Shown here: in pieces, positions 1-11,526 of the stretch
Numbering within the stretch: the first letter of the stretch is position 1
How the letters are laid out: every line of letters starts with the position of its first letter
NCBI GenBank assembly: GCA_964016885.1
Contig: OZ024743.1
Span: 256,122,001-256,186,000, forward strand
Direction of reading: 5' to 3'
DNA length: 64,000 nt
DNA from: Eledone cirrhosa
Taxonomy: Eukaryota
The notes under the pieces: generated by a model
Seen by the model: only the letters and a program-made list of their open reading frames with translations
The model's database searches: none
Told to the model about the DNA's origin: nothing
Made by a program: the position numbers and the translations under genes

Positions 1-31
1 TATACACACACATACACATATGCATACACAT

Positions 32-96
<65 letters not shown>

Positions 97-1209
97 GACA
101 TATGTATACACATGTGTTCACATACACACACACACACATACAGATAAATTTGCGTACACGCACGCACACTTAAAATGCCCGTATGAGTAAAATACTTACA
201 CACAGACACACACACTATTGTTGGTTGGGGAGTGGTGGTATGTTTTGTCGGTGTTGATGAAGTATGGAGTAGTGTTTTGTGGTGGTGGTGGTGGTGGAGT
301 TGTGAGGGACAAAAATATATATACCGGATCGAATACCGGTTAAAATGTGACATAGGTAACGCGGGGGAAAAGCGTTTATGGACGTACGGCGACGTGTGTT
401 GTGGAAATGGTGATGGTGGTGGTGCTGGGGTGATATGTTCGGCAAGATGATTACATGATCAGAGGTTACGGTGTGTTATATGGTAGGCAGACGGGGGGGG
501 GGGGGGTATATAATACAGTCGATTTGGGAGCGAGGGATGATATGTGTTGATGATGTAATGATAATGATTGTTGAAGTATGTGGATGTATTTAGTGGTGGC
601 GGTGGTTGTGCATGCGTGCGACAGTACAGTTACAGGGTCGAATTTAGCGTGGGGTTGCAGGTTAGGGTAGATAGAGGGAACATGGGGGATGAGGTTGTAG
701 GCGTGTATGGTATGCACATGACGATGTGTGGTGGGGTGGTGGTGGCGATGGTGTGATATGATCGACATTGTATTTACAAGGTCCCTTGTCATTGTGGATT
801 GCAAGGTAGAACGTATCATATGGTACCGATTTAATACGATGTTGCAACTATGAGGTGTGTATGTTGATGTGAATTTTGGTGGTGGTGATGGTTATGTGTG
901 CGGCATGATATACAAATGGGGGCTTAGAGATGGTAACATGGAGTACAATACAATAAGTCCATTGAGGTGGGCGATGTTGAGACGGTGGTTATTAATATGG
1001 TGTGTCATGGTTAATGTGATTTTTGGTGTGGGTTATGTATGCGGCATGATATACAAAATACGGGCTTACATATGGTTAAATTCAATGAAATGAAATAAGA
1101 TAAAGTGAAGTTAGATTAGAATTAAAGTTCGTTGAGATGGGCGATGGTGATACGGGGCAGCTGTGGTTATTATTATGGTGGGTCATGGTTAGTGCGTGGT
1201 CTTCCCGCG

Positions 1210-1625
1210 AAAGTTTGTGCAGAAAAGGTGTGCATCCTAGTGTGTCTGCAATTGACAATTATGTCCGACCTATAGTTTTGGCGGAATCAAGTTTAATTAT
1301 TTCCGCCGCCTCAGCTAGGCACAATCTGCAGTGGTTTCTGTCACTGGGGGTGTATGCCACACGTCTTTTTACTGACCACGAGATCTGGGGTTCAATATTC
1401 CTGTCCTTGAGGTCCCAGATCAGATCGGCCAGTTTTGTTTGGGGTCGTTTCGATCTATGTTTGAAGGAGCTTCTGTGGTTATACCAGCGCTCCTTAAACG
1501 TAGTGGATGTCGCACCTATATATGAGTACTCCTTATTGCCGGCAGTGACATCGCACCGGTAAACAATATTCTTAACGAGGCACTCCCCGTTTAGTGGGCA
1601 TTCGTCTCGTTTTTTGCAGTTGCAT
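1210..1625 (-). pseudogene. Penelope-like element GIY-YIG endonuclease domain (C-terminal part of ORF, frameshifted near end)
   Basis: ORF 1259..1813(-) reads CNCKKRDECPLNGECLVKNIVY...YIGATSTTFKERWYNH...CRLCLAE. This gives a CxCx5C linker, IVY/YIG motifs, catalytic R and CxxC. After a frameshift near 1260 it continues IVNCRH, the typical PLE C-terminus. No RT upstream. Confidence 0.85.
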
Positions 1626-2310
1626 TTGGGAGTAACCGGTGCGGTGCAACGTTGGCGGTTGGTGTCGTGCGGTGTTGGTGTGGTGTGTGTGTTGTTGTGT
1701 TGTGTTGTGTGTGTGGTTTCGTTTTGCGTTGTGGTGGTGGCTTGTTGGCAAAAATACGAAAACACATGGTTCCCCCCAACAAACCACCACCACAACGCAT
1801 GTTTATACAACAATATATGTGCACATATATAGATATATGTGTGTACGTATACGTATATACAAGGTATCTGTCAGACGAAGAGCGTCTAACTATGTATCTA
1901 TGTAAGGACCTGACGCCACCAATGCATCCACCACACCACCACAAACGCCGCTACCATAGACAAAGACACCACTACCACACCCCCACCCACACGCCAACCC
2001 GTCTACTGACAATCCACTAACCTCATACCACAGCCCATCCCACTAAATAACCTTAACCACCACCATATCATCACATCCACCCCCACATACTTTACACACC
2101 AAGGCCAACCCACCACCACCACCACACTACAGCCCACCTCATCCACAGACCATCACCAACATCTCACCATCAAACTCACCCCTATATACACTACAGGCCA
2201 GTACATCGCCTTGATCCTTCTCACCAATCAAAACATCTCATTTTGTCAAACTCTTGAAACTCTGACTTTACCACATAGCATGTATTTCATTTTCTTATAG
2301 CATTTTAAGA

Positions 2311-2397
2311 GGGTCCGTCGAGCTGCCGATTATTGAGTCGGGTAGGAGCGATATAGATCGAACCTTGAGCTGATCAGTGGCGAAACGCGCGTCACCT
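2311..2397 (+). ncRNA. Degenerate type I hammerhead ribozyme (family A)
   Basis: gggt-CCGTCGA(core with 2 substitutions)-gctgccgatta...tgatcagtggc-GAAA-C-GCGC-GTC-acct. The homolog at 48462-48540 keeps CTGACGA but has lost GAAA. A half copy lies at about 25650-25735(-). Confidence 0.65.
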
Positions 2398-2577
2398 ATC
2401 AATAAATGCAATGAAGGAATAATCAATCGTCCTTTTTATCCTTTCTGTATTTTACACTCTGTATAGCTCTACACATCATCACAGAAGTGAACCTAAACAT
2501 CGAGTGCTCACCCGGGTGAGCCTGCAGTAACTCCTAGTTACACCCACTGGATATGTGTATATATATATATGTGTATA

Positions 2578-2622
<45 letters not shown>

Positions 2623-2785
2623 AGGAAATGTGTGACCTCGACGGCAGAGCTCAAGCCGTTTCGACGGCTATTTTGGTCCAGAAATAGCCCTCGAAACGGC
2701 TTGTGTGTACTACCCACACTACTACCCTAAGTATTGAGTACTCTGGTACGTTATGGTCCATCTTGTTCCTTACCACAATTCCTTC

Positions 2786-2832
<47 letters not shown>

Positions 2833-2892
2833 CAAGGCTCTGATACCATCAACACCAGAAACACAGAGCTGGCATATCTAAGAACTGACTAT

Positions 2893-2946
2893 CTGCCTGA
2901 TGAGGTCATAGCCATTCAATGGCTATCATCGAATTATATATTGCAG
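2893..2946 (+). ncRNA. Type I hammerhead ribozyme with one core substitution (A15.1>U)
   Basis: ctgc-CTGATGA-ggtcatagcca/tggctatcatc (stem II)-GAAT-T-ATAT-ATT-gcag, then AATAAA. Sits in a ~165-bp insert (2829-2991) flanked by (TA)n. Confidence 0.7.
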
Positions 2947-3141
2947 TAAATAAAGGATTATGAGTTCATGCAAGTGACTTATGTTTCGTCACTATATATA
3001 CATATATACATATGTGTATAAATATATATATATATTTATATAAGCAAAGAGATATTTAATTTGTTGGTTATTCAACAAATTTATTTATAACAGATTCGAA
3101 GCACTCTACGGTTTTCCTGGATATTTATATATATATATATA

Positions 3142-3200
<59 letters not shown>

Positions 3201-3202
<2 letters not shown>

Positions 3203-3680
3203 GAATGTATGTATAGTATATTTGGCAATATACCGTATGTTTAAATAAAAATAATTAGAAGACAATACGCTATAGGTTTTAAAGCAGTGATTTTGTCACT
3301 TCTTTTCGGCGAAAGAAGGGAGAGAAGCTAACATTCTGTTTCATACTGTTTTGCGATCTTCAGAGCCCCGCACTCCCTGCTTCTGCCGAAAATTATAGAA
3401 GCTGGATTCTCATAGAATTCCTGTAATAATCAGGAGCTTATTATACAGAGAGATTGCCGATCCAGCATAAATTAGGTATTAGCATTGGTGCTCTGAAATA
3501 ACGATGTATACATGAATGTATGTATTGGCAATATACCGTATGTATAATGAAAAACATTTTGAAGACCATACCCTATCGGTTATAAAGCAGTGACTATGTC
3601 ACTTATTTCTTTTCGGCAAAAGAATGGAGAGAAGCTAACAGTCTGTTTCACGCTGTTTGGCGATTATCAGATCCACTGCG
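3201..3680 (-). mobile_element. Diverged ~1.5-mer of the ~310-bp HHR repeat family (family B, retrozyme-like relic)
   Basis: Two HHR motifs 307 bp apart: 3324-3369 ggggct-CTGAAGA...GAAA-cagaatg-TT-agcttc, and 3631-3674 with core CTGATAA. Shares tgctctgaaata.cgat, aaacattttgaagacc and ttgccg.tcc.gca.aaattag with the 4731-6680 array. Confidence 0.75.
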
Positions 3681-3879
3681 TATAAAGGATTACAGCTGCA
3701 TAAAAAAGTCAAGATTGCTCAAAATCGTTAAAAGCCTTGGAGTGGGGAGACCCAGCAATACCTGGGATGATGTGATAGAAACAGACCTTGCCTAAATTGC
3801 ACCTCTCAGAAGAGATGACACATGAGCGGGATCTCAGGCAATAAGCGGTAACACAGAAGACCCGGGTTCCCATGAGCAC

Positions 3880-4140
3880 AAGCTGAAGCATATGTACAGT
3901 ATGCCCTGCCCTACACCCCCAGCCCACACTGTAAAGTGGACGTGCAAAAGACACGGCAATAAGCACCCATCCCACACTGTAAATGTGGTTGGTGTTAGGA
4001 AGGGCATCCGGCCGTAGAAAACCAGCCAGAAACACCGCCATTTGACCAAGACATGGTCACCGGACACAACTTGCCTTTAAATAGGACCCGTCTAACCTAC
4101 GCTAGCATGGAAGATGCATGTTTATCGATGATGATGATTA
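3880..4140 (+). mobile_element. 3' part of SINE with RTE-like tail
   Basis: ccacactgtaaatgtggttggtgttaggaagggcatcc motif and cccgtctaacctacgctagcatggaa...(tga)n tail, shared with the SINE at 24862 and LINE 3' ends. Confidence 0.7.
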
Positions 4141-4152
4141 TATATATATATC

Positions 4153-4677
4153 TAAACTGCGATTCTGTGTTTCTCTCTTTCTCTCTTACTGCTCCCTCGT
4201 TCTCTCTTACTGCTCGCTCGTTCTCTCTGTTTCTCTTACTTTCTTTCGTCCCCTCTGTCATGTCAGTTAACACTTTATCTCTTCCTCTCATCCCACTCAC
4301 TCAGTCCCTGTTTCTCCCCTTCTTACTTCCTCCCGTTCGCTTCGAAAACGATTTTTCTTCTTTCTAACATCGGATTCACTAGCGAAAGGTCTGTTTCTGA
4401 CTCGCTCATATATTCACACAGCTTATGCTGAAAGAATAACCATGTTGCTTGTGTTTATTTCCATCTTCGGTTAGCTTCCCTCTGTGTTGTTTACTTGTCT
4501 CACTCGCTTTACGCGTTTCTATTGTCCTAATAACTTATTTTAGTTATTATCGCTCCAACGTGAGGTATATTTTTAATGCGATGAAATACCAATGATCGTT
4601 GGCAAATCACTGATGAGGGACTCATTTTATAACATGTTATCCATGTGCAACCATGCAGTATTCTTCTCCCCCATATT

Positions 4678-4681
<4 letters not shown>
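4153..4681 (+). mobile_element. (TA)n-flanked pLTR-like element with truncated HHR
   Basis: CTGATGA-ggga...tcc at 4610 with the GAAA half missing. 4425-4597 is homologous to 30729-30908. Confidence 0.45.
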
Positions 4682-4730
<49 letters not shown>

Positions 4731-4738
<8 letters not shown>

Positions 4739-6675
4739 AATATAGACATAGAATATTCGAAAATATTCTGTATGTTTATAATAAACATTTTGAAGACCTA
4801 ATCGCTATAGAATAGAATACGTCACGTATTACAATTAGATTCTCGATAAAAGCAAGGGAAGTAATCTACGCGTTTCATTCTTTTTAGAAATCATCAGGAC
4901 TACATATCCAGTGCTTTTATCGAGAATGACACAGCTAGAGACTTATAGAATACTTAGCTGTGTACAGGAACTGGTTTGAAAGAGCGGTTGCCGGTCCGGC
5001 AGAAATTAGAAATTGGAATAAATGCTCTGAAATAGCGATATATATGTGAATATAGACATAGAATATTCGAAAATATTCTGTATGTTTATAATAAACATTT
5101 TGAAGACCTAATCGCTATAGAATAGAATACGTCACGTATTACAATTAGATTCTCGATAAAAGCAAGGGAAGTAATCTACGCGTTTCATTCTTTTTAGAAA
5201 TCATCAGGACTACATATCCAGTGCTTTTATCGAGAATGACACAGCTAGAGACTTATAGAATACTTAGCTGTGTACAGGAACTGGTTTGAAAGAGCGGTTG
5301 CCGGTCCGGCAGAAATTAGAAATTGGAATAAATGCTCTGAAATAGCGATATATATGTGAATATAGACATAGAATATTCGAAAATATTCTGTATGTTTATA
5401 ATAAACATTTTGAAGACCTAATCGCTATAGAATAGAATACGTCACGTATTACAATTAGATTCTCGATAAAAGCAAGGGAAGTAATCTACGCGTTTCATTC
5501 TTTTTAGAAATCATCAGGACTACATATCCAGTGCTTTTATCGAGAATGACACAGCTAGAGACTTATAGAATACTTAGCTGTGTACAGGAACTGGTTTGAA
5601 AGAGCGGTTGCCGGTCCGGCAGAAATTAGAAATTGGAATAAATGCTCTGAAATAGCGATATATATGTGAATATAGACATAGAATATTCGAAAATATTCTG
5701 TATGTTTATAATAAACATTTTGAAGACCTAATCGCTATAGAATAGAATACGTCACGTATTACAATTAGATTCTCGATAAAAGCAAGGGAAGTAATCTACG
5801 CGTTTCATTCTTTTTAGAAATCATCAGGACTACATATCCAGTGCTTTTATCGAGAATGACACAGCTAGAGACTTATAGAATACTTAGCTGTGTACAGGAA
5901 CTGGTTTGAAAGAGCGGTTGCCGGTCCGGCAGAAATTAGAAATTGGAATAAATGCTCTGAAATAGCGATATATATGTGAATATAGACATAGAATATTCGA
6001 AAATATTCTGTATGTTTATAATAAACATTTTGAAGACCTAATCGCTATAGAATAGAATACGTCACGTATTACAATTAGATTCTCGATAAAAGCAAGGGAA
6101 GTAATCTACGCGTTTCATTCTTTTTAGAAATCATCAGGACTACATATCCAGTGCTTTTATCGAGAATGACACAGCTAGAGACTTATAGAATACTTAGCTG
6201 TGTACAGGAACTGGTTTGAAAGAGCGGTTGCCGGTCCGGCAGAAATTAGAAATTGGAATATTCTATAGCGATTAGGTCTTCAAAATGTTTATTATAAACA
6301 TACAGAATATTTTCGAATATTCTATGTCTATATTCACATATATATCGCTATTTCAGAGCATTTATTCCAATTTCTAATTTCTGCCGGACCGGCAACCGCT
6401 CTTTCAAACCAGTTCCTGTACACAGCTAAGTATTCTATAAGTCTCTAGCTGTGTCATTCTCGATAAAAGCACTGGATATGTAGTCCTGATGATTTCTAAA
6501 AAGAATGAAACGCGTAGATTACTTCCCTTGCTTTTATCGAGAATCTAATTGTAATACGTGACGTATTCTATTCTATAGCGATTAGGTCTTCAAAATGTTT
6601 ATTATAAACATACAGAATATTTTCGAATATTCTATGTCTATATTCACATATATATCGCTATTTCAGAGCATTTAT

Positions 6676-6680
<5 letters not shown>
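4731..6680. repeat. 310-bp tandem array (4 full units plus one 290-bp unit) followed by a 420-bp inverted 1.35-mer; one HHR per unit (retrozyme-like)
   Basis: tatatgtgaa recurs at 4731, 5041, 5351, 5661 and 5971, and the units look identical. Orientation flips at about 6260. Flanked by (TA)n on both sides. Confidence 0.97.
6480..6522 (+). ncRNA. Minimal type I hammerhead ribozyme (identical copies on - strand at 4861-4903, 5171-5213, 5481-5523, 5791-5833, 6101-6143)
   Basis: gtagtc-CTGATGA-tttctaaaaagaat-GAAA-CGCG-TA-gattac. Stem I 6 bp, stem II ttct/agaa with U.U at 10.1/11.1, palindromic ACGCGT stem III, GUA cleavage triplet. Stem I is extended by a perfect 16-bp helix attctcgataaaagca/tgcttttatcgagaat. 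Confidence 0.88.
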
Positions 6681-6724
<44 letters not shown>

Positions 6725-6866
6725 TATATGTATATATATATTTATATAAGTATGTATACGCACATACCTATATGTATACAGACGTACAGTAGTATGTATA
6801 TATATACATACATGCACACATATATATATGTTCGTATGAGAAATGAAATTTAATTTTTTCCATTTA

Positions 6867-6920
<54 letters not shown>

Positions 6921-6941
6921 ATTTATATATATATCTACTTA

Positions 6942-6996
<55 letters not shown>

Positions 6997-7654
6997 CAAA
7001 GCTGGAATACATCTAAAATTTCTGTCATGCCAAGTCTCATAGTAGAATGATTCAGTCTCAGGAAAGCAAAATTACCAAACTATTTGTCAGATTCTAATTA
7101 GCTTCGTGCTTAACCCACAAGGTCAATTTATTATCTTTTTTGTTTATCGTGTCTGGTTTATTTGTTATTACCAACATGAAACTATAGAAATTTGAAAACA
7201 ACATCGCGCGCACACATATATGTATATCACCATCATCATCATGATTTTACATCCACTTTTCCATGCTTGAACATGTGTGAGTGTATATATATACACATAT
7301 ACATAAATGCAAACATGGGAAAGCAGATGTAATGTAATATAGTCAGTCGATCGACTTTCGTTAAATGGGACTGAGGAATCAATGTTTCCATGGGTCTTTC
7401 CAATTGCTAATACTATCTATCGGTCGCAACTCCAGATAGAAGGAACAGCGTGAAACCAAGTGTCTTGCTCATGGACAAAACTCATCGTCCTTTCCAGGAA
7501 TCGAACTCACAACCACACACCTTCATTAGAGTAATGTAATATATATATATATATATGTATAGTGGAAGAAATGATGAATATTGTGATAAATGAGCTGCTC
7601 ACTTGTAAACAAAATACTGACAAATATATAAAATATAATAAGACTTGTAGACTT

Positions 7655-7980
7655 GTGGCATAGTAGCTAGAGTGCTCGATCCACAATTATGAGCTTGTGA
7701 GTTTGATTCTAGGACTCAGCAGTGTGTTGTGACCTTGAGCAAGACACTTTAGTTTATGTAACTTCTGACCAAATGAATTGCACCTGTAATCCAATGAGGC
7801 AGCCTTGTTACACATTGTTTCATACTGAATTTCCCTAAAAACTTAAGTGTGTACATGTTAAGTGTGCTCATGTCTATAGAAGACTCAGTCACTTACATAT
7901 TAATTTCACAAGCAGGCATTTCCATTGATTAAATCACCCATAATACTCACCATAGAAAACAAGGAAGGCCCAAAAGCAAC
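7655..7980 (+). mobile_element. Diverged tRNA-derived SINE
   Basis: Box A-like tggcatagtag, box B-like gagtttgattc, central ccttgagcaagacacttta motif. A similar copy lies at 15215-15545. Confidence 0.7.
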
Positions 7981-8141
7981 AACATCATAATGATGATTAT
8001 ATATTTATTACACACACACAAACGCACACACACATATATATATGTGGGGCGGGCAATAAGGTCAGAACAATTGCAATGGCTTTTATGCATTTAGCATTGT
8101 ATCAATATAAATCCCCATTATATATATATATATATATATAT

Positions 8142-10831
8142 ACAGAGAACGGAGACATCGTTATGCTAGCAGGAGACTTCAATGGTCATGTTGGACAGCT
8201 CCAGGATGGTTACACTGGGGTACATGGTGGGCACGGTTACGGTTCAAGAAATGAAGAAGGAGTGAGACTTCTTGAATTTTGTGATGCAGGTACATTGACT
8301 ATTTGCAACACAAACTTCCAGAAACCTGCCAATCACCTAATAACCTAACCTACAAATCTGGTGAGCACATAAGCCAGATTGACTTCTTACTAGTTAGGCA
8401 GCGGGACAGGCAGATAGTGTCTAATACCAAGGCATACTCTGGGGGAGAATGTACCCCACAGCATAGGTTAGTCGTTAGTGATATCTCAGTAGGCAAGAGA
8501 TGGAATGAGACATATAGGAAGGTGTGGAGAGAAAGGTCTGGAAGGTTAAAGACCTTTCACTAAAATACAAATTTAGGAAAGCCCTTCAAGATGTATATGA
8601 CGAAAAAGAAGACGATTTAGAGACGTATGACAGATAATAACTGGAATTTCTTACGTGACAACTTGCTGCAGACTACTGATGAAACTTGTGGCTGGAGCAG
8701 AGCTCCAACCAGACAGAGAGTGACCTGGTGGTGGAACAACACAGAAGATAAGGCCATTAGAGACAAAAGACTAGCATGGAAGACTTGGAAAAGGGATGGG
8801 AGTAGGGAAGAATATACAGCCACTGAGAGAGAAGCTAGACGTCAGGTGTACTTAGCACGCAGGGAGGCGGAGAGTAGGAGGTTTGCCAATGTTCTGCAAC
8901 GGGAAGATCAGAGGCGTGCGTGTTCCACATTGCAAGGCAGTGTGTCAATGCAAATCAGGATGTTGTTGGAGATAAATGTGTCCGGGATGATGCCGGTGTA
9001 CTTAGTGTCACGAATGATCAGAAAAAGGAGGCCTGGAAATGTCATTATGAGAGACTGATGAATGTGGAGAACAAATGGGAGAGAGAGAAATTACCCTTGG
9101 TAGATCCGACAGAGGGACCAGCTATTGAGATTGACGAATATAGGGTCCAAGAGGCAATTAGGGAAATGAAAAATGGTAAGGCTGCCAGACCATCGGGAAT
9201 AGTTGCTGAGATGCTGAAGGCATCAGGGGATGTAGGCACTAAACTGGTTGCACGCATCATCAATCAGGCTATATATGGTGGTGTCATACCCAAAGACTGG
9301 TGCAGCAGTATTCTCATAAATTGCTACAAAGGTAAAGGGGATGCTCTGGAGAGGAACAATTATAGGGGTATAAAACTGATAGATCAGGTTATGAAAGTGG
9401 CAGAAAGGATTTTAGCACAACTAATTAGAGAAAGGGTCAAACTAGATGAGATGCAGTTTGGTTTTATGCCTGGGAAGAGTACAACAGATGCCCTCTTCTT
9501 GGTGAGACAATTGCAAGAGAGGTTCTTAAAGAAGAATAAGCCACTATACTTAGCCTTTGTTGACCTAGAGAAGGCCTTTGATAGGGTACCCCGATCTGTC
9601 ATCTGGTGGTCCCTAAGGAAACTAGGTGTTGAGGAATGTCTTGTGAGGACAGTGCAAACTTTGTACAGAGGTACTCTCAGTAAAGTCAGGGTACGAATGG
9701 AGTTTAGTAAGGAATTCCAGATACAAGTAGGAGTACATCAGGGTTCGATCCTCAGCCCGCTCTTGTTCATTATAGTCCTCCAAGCCATAACAGAGGAGTT
9801 TAAGACTGGCTGTCCATGGGAACTTCTCTATGCTGACGATCTGGTTCTTATAGCAGAATCAGTAGAGGAGCTAGAGAATAAATTCTGGCTATGGAAACAG
9901 CAGTTGGAATCAAGAGGACTGAGAGTGAACCTAGCTAAGACAAAAGTGTTGATGAGTAGAAAAGAGGACAAAACCCTGATTCCGTCAGGGAAATGGACAT
10001 GTTCGATATGCAAAAAAGGAACTGGCATAAATTCTATAAAATGCACACAATGCAGATCCTGGGTACACAAGAGATGTAGCGGGATAGCAGGCAAACTAAC
10101 AGGTAGGGAGAAATATGTATGCAGTAGATGTACAGGGAAATTAGACAGTAGAAGTCGCACTGATAGACACATTTTTCATATGCAAGAGGGCGCTATGGAA
10201 GTGGTGGATAGCTTCCAGTACCTAGGAGATCAGATTAGCATGGGAGGAGGGTGTTCCGAGGCCATAGTATCTAGAATAAGGACGGGTTGGAAGAACTTTA
10301 GGAGCTGCTTCCTCTGTTGACGAAGGAGGGTTTCTCCCTGCGTACGAAAGGCCGGTTGTATGATGCCTGTGTGAGGAGCGCGATGCTGCATGGTAGTGAG
10401 ACATGGGCAGCAACTGCAGATGATATGCGACGGCTGGAGAGAAATGAGGCAAGCATGCTCCGTTGGATGTGCAGTGTAAATGTGCGTGAACGACCCAGCA
10501 TAAATGTGTTGAGAGAGAAACTGTGTCTGAGAGGGATAGAATGTGGTGTACGGGAGAGGAGACTGAGGTGGTATGGACATGTGATGCGCATGGAGGATGA
10601 CAGATGGGTGAAGAAGTGCCAGGAAATGCCAGTTGAAGGAAGACGTGGTAGAGGTAGACCACGAAAAACATGGGCGGAGGTGGTGAGAACAGACCTCAGA
10701 TCATTGAAGCTCACGGTGGAGATGACGAAGGACCGTGACGAGTGGAGAGATGCTGTGCTGAATAAGACCCGTCCCACCCTTGCAAGCAGGGAAAAGCGGA
10801 CGTAAAATGATGATGATGATGATGATGATGA

Positions 10832-10834
<3 letters not shown>
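8142..10834 (+). mobile_element. RTE-clade non-LTR retrotransposon, 5'-truncated, frameshifted (APE endonuclease + RT + PHD finger)
   Basis: APE motifs GDFNGHVG, SQIDFLL, QHRLVV; RT motifs QFGFMPG, AFVDLEKAFD, GVHQGSILSP, YADD (9829-9840), FQYLG; C-terminal RGRPRKTW; (tga)n tail. Several frameshifts. Confidence 0.95.
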
Positions 10835-10893
<59 letters not shown>

Positions 10894-11526
10894 TAAAAAT
10901 CCCTCGATGTCATGTTTGCAGGTAGGCAACATGAGTTGATTTATCTGAAATAGCCTAATCAACACTCAATGATACATGACAGGAATTTATTGTTTCCAGT
11001 AATATATTATTTGATTTTGATTTACCTTTTAAATAGAGGGCAAAGTCAACGTGTGAACTTCATACAAAAGCCAACAATAACAAGGATGGTTATGAGGAAA
11101 GCAGACATTAAAATGACAATGATAATGATGATGAGGATGATGATATATATATATAATAACATTAAGAAAGATGCTGATGTTGCATAAATCGTTTATTCAT
11201 TATAATTATTTCAACAGTTCTTCCATGCAATCAAGATATAATTCATGCATTTGCTGTCGCAGATGAAATTCGATTTTGTGATATACCGCCGGCAGGAAAA
11301 ACATGTCCTTCTGCTCCGGCACCCGGCAGACATATGAGTTGCTAAAGAGGTCTCCCAGTTATTGTGTTTACTAAAGTAAAGTGCTATCCATGTGCCAATT
11401 TGTGAAATCAAGACTCACACACCCGCCACGGAATTAGGGTCGTAAATTAACAAAAAGGTTACCCCTCAAGTGTGTTGTGTTGACCTCTACCAAATGATAG
11501 AATCCAGCAGATGATGGAAGAATAAA

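Larger units (their letters stand above)
200..2550. mobile_element. Penelope-like remnant(s): minus-strand EN plus CA-rich 3' region, and an oppositely oriented plus-strand 3' region ending in a degenerate HHR and AATAAA
   Basis: GIY-YIG ORF; GT-rich 200-1200 mirrored by CA-rich 1920-2280; HHR-like motif at 2311-2397 followed by AATAAA at 2401; bounded by (CA)/(TA) tracts. Boundaries approximate. Confidence 0.55.
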
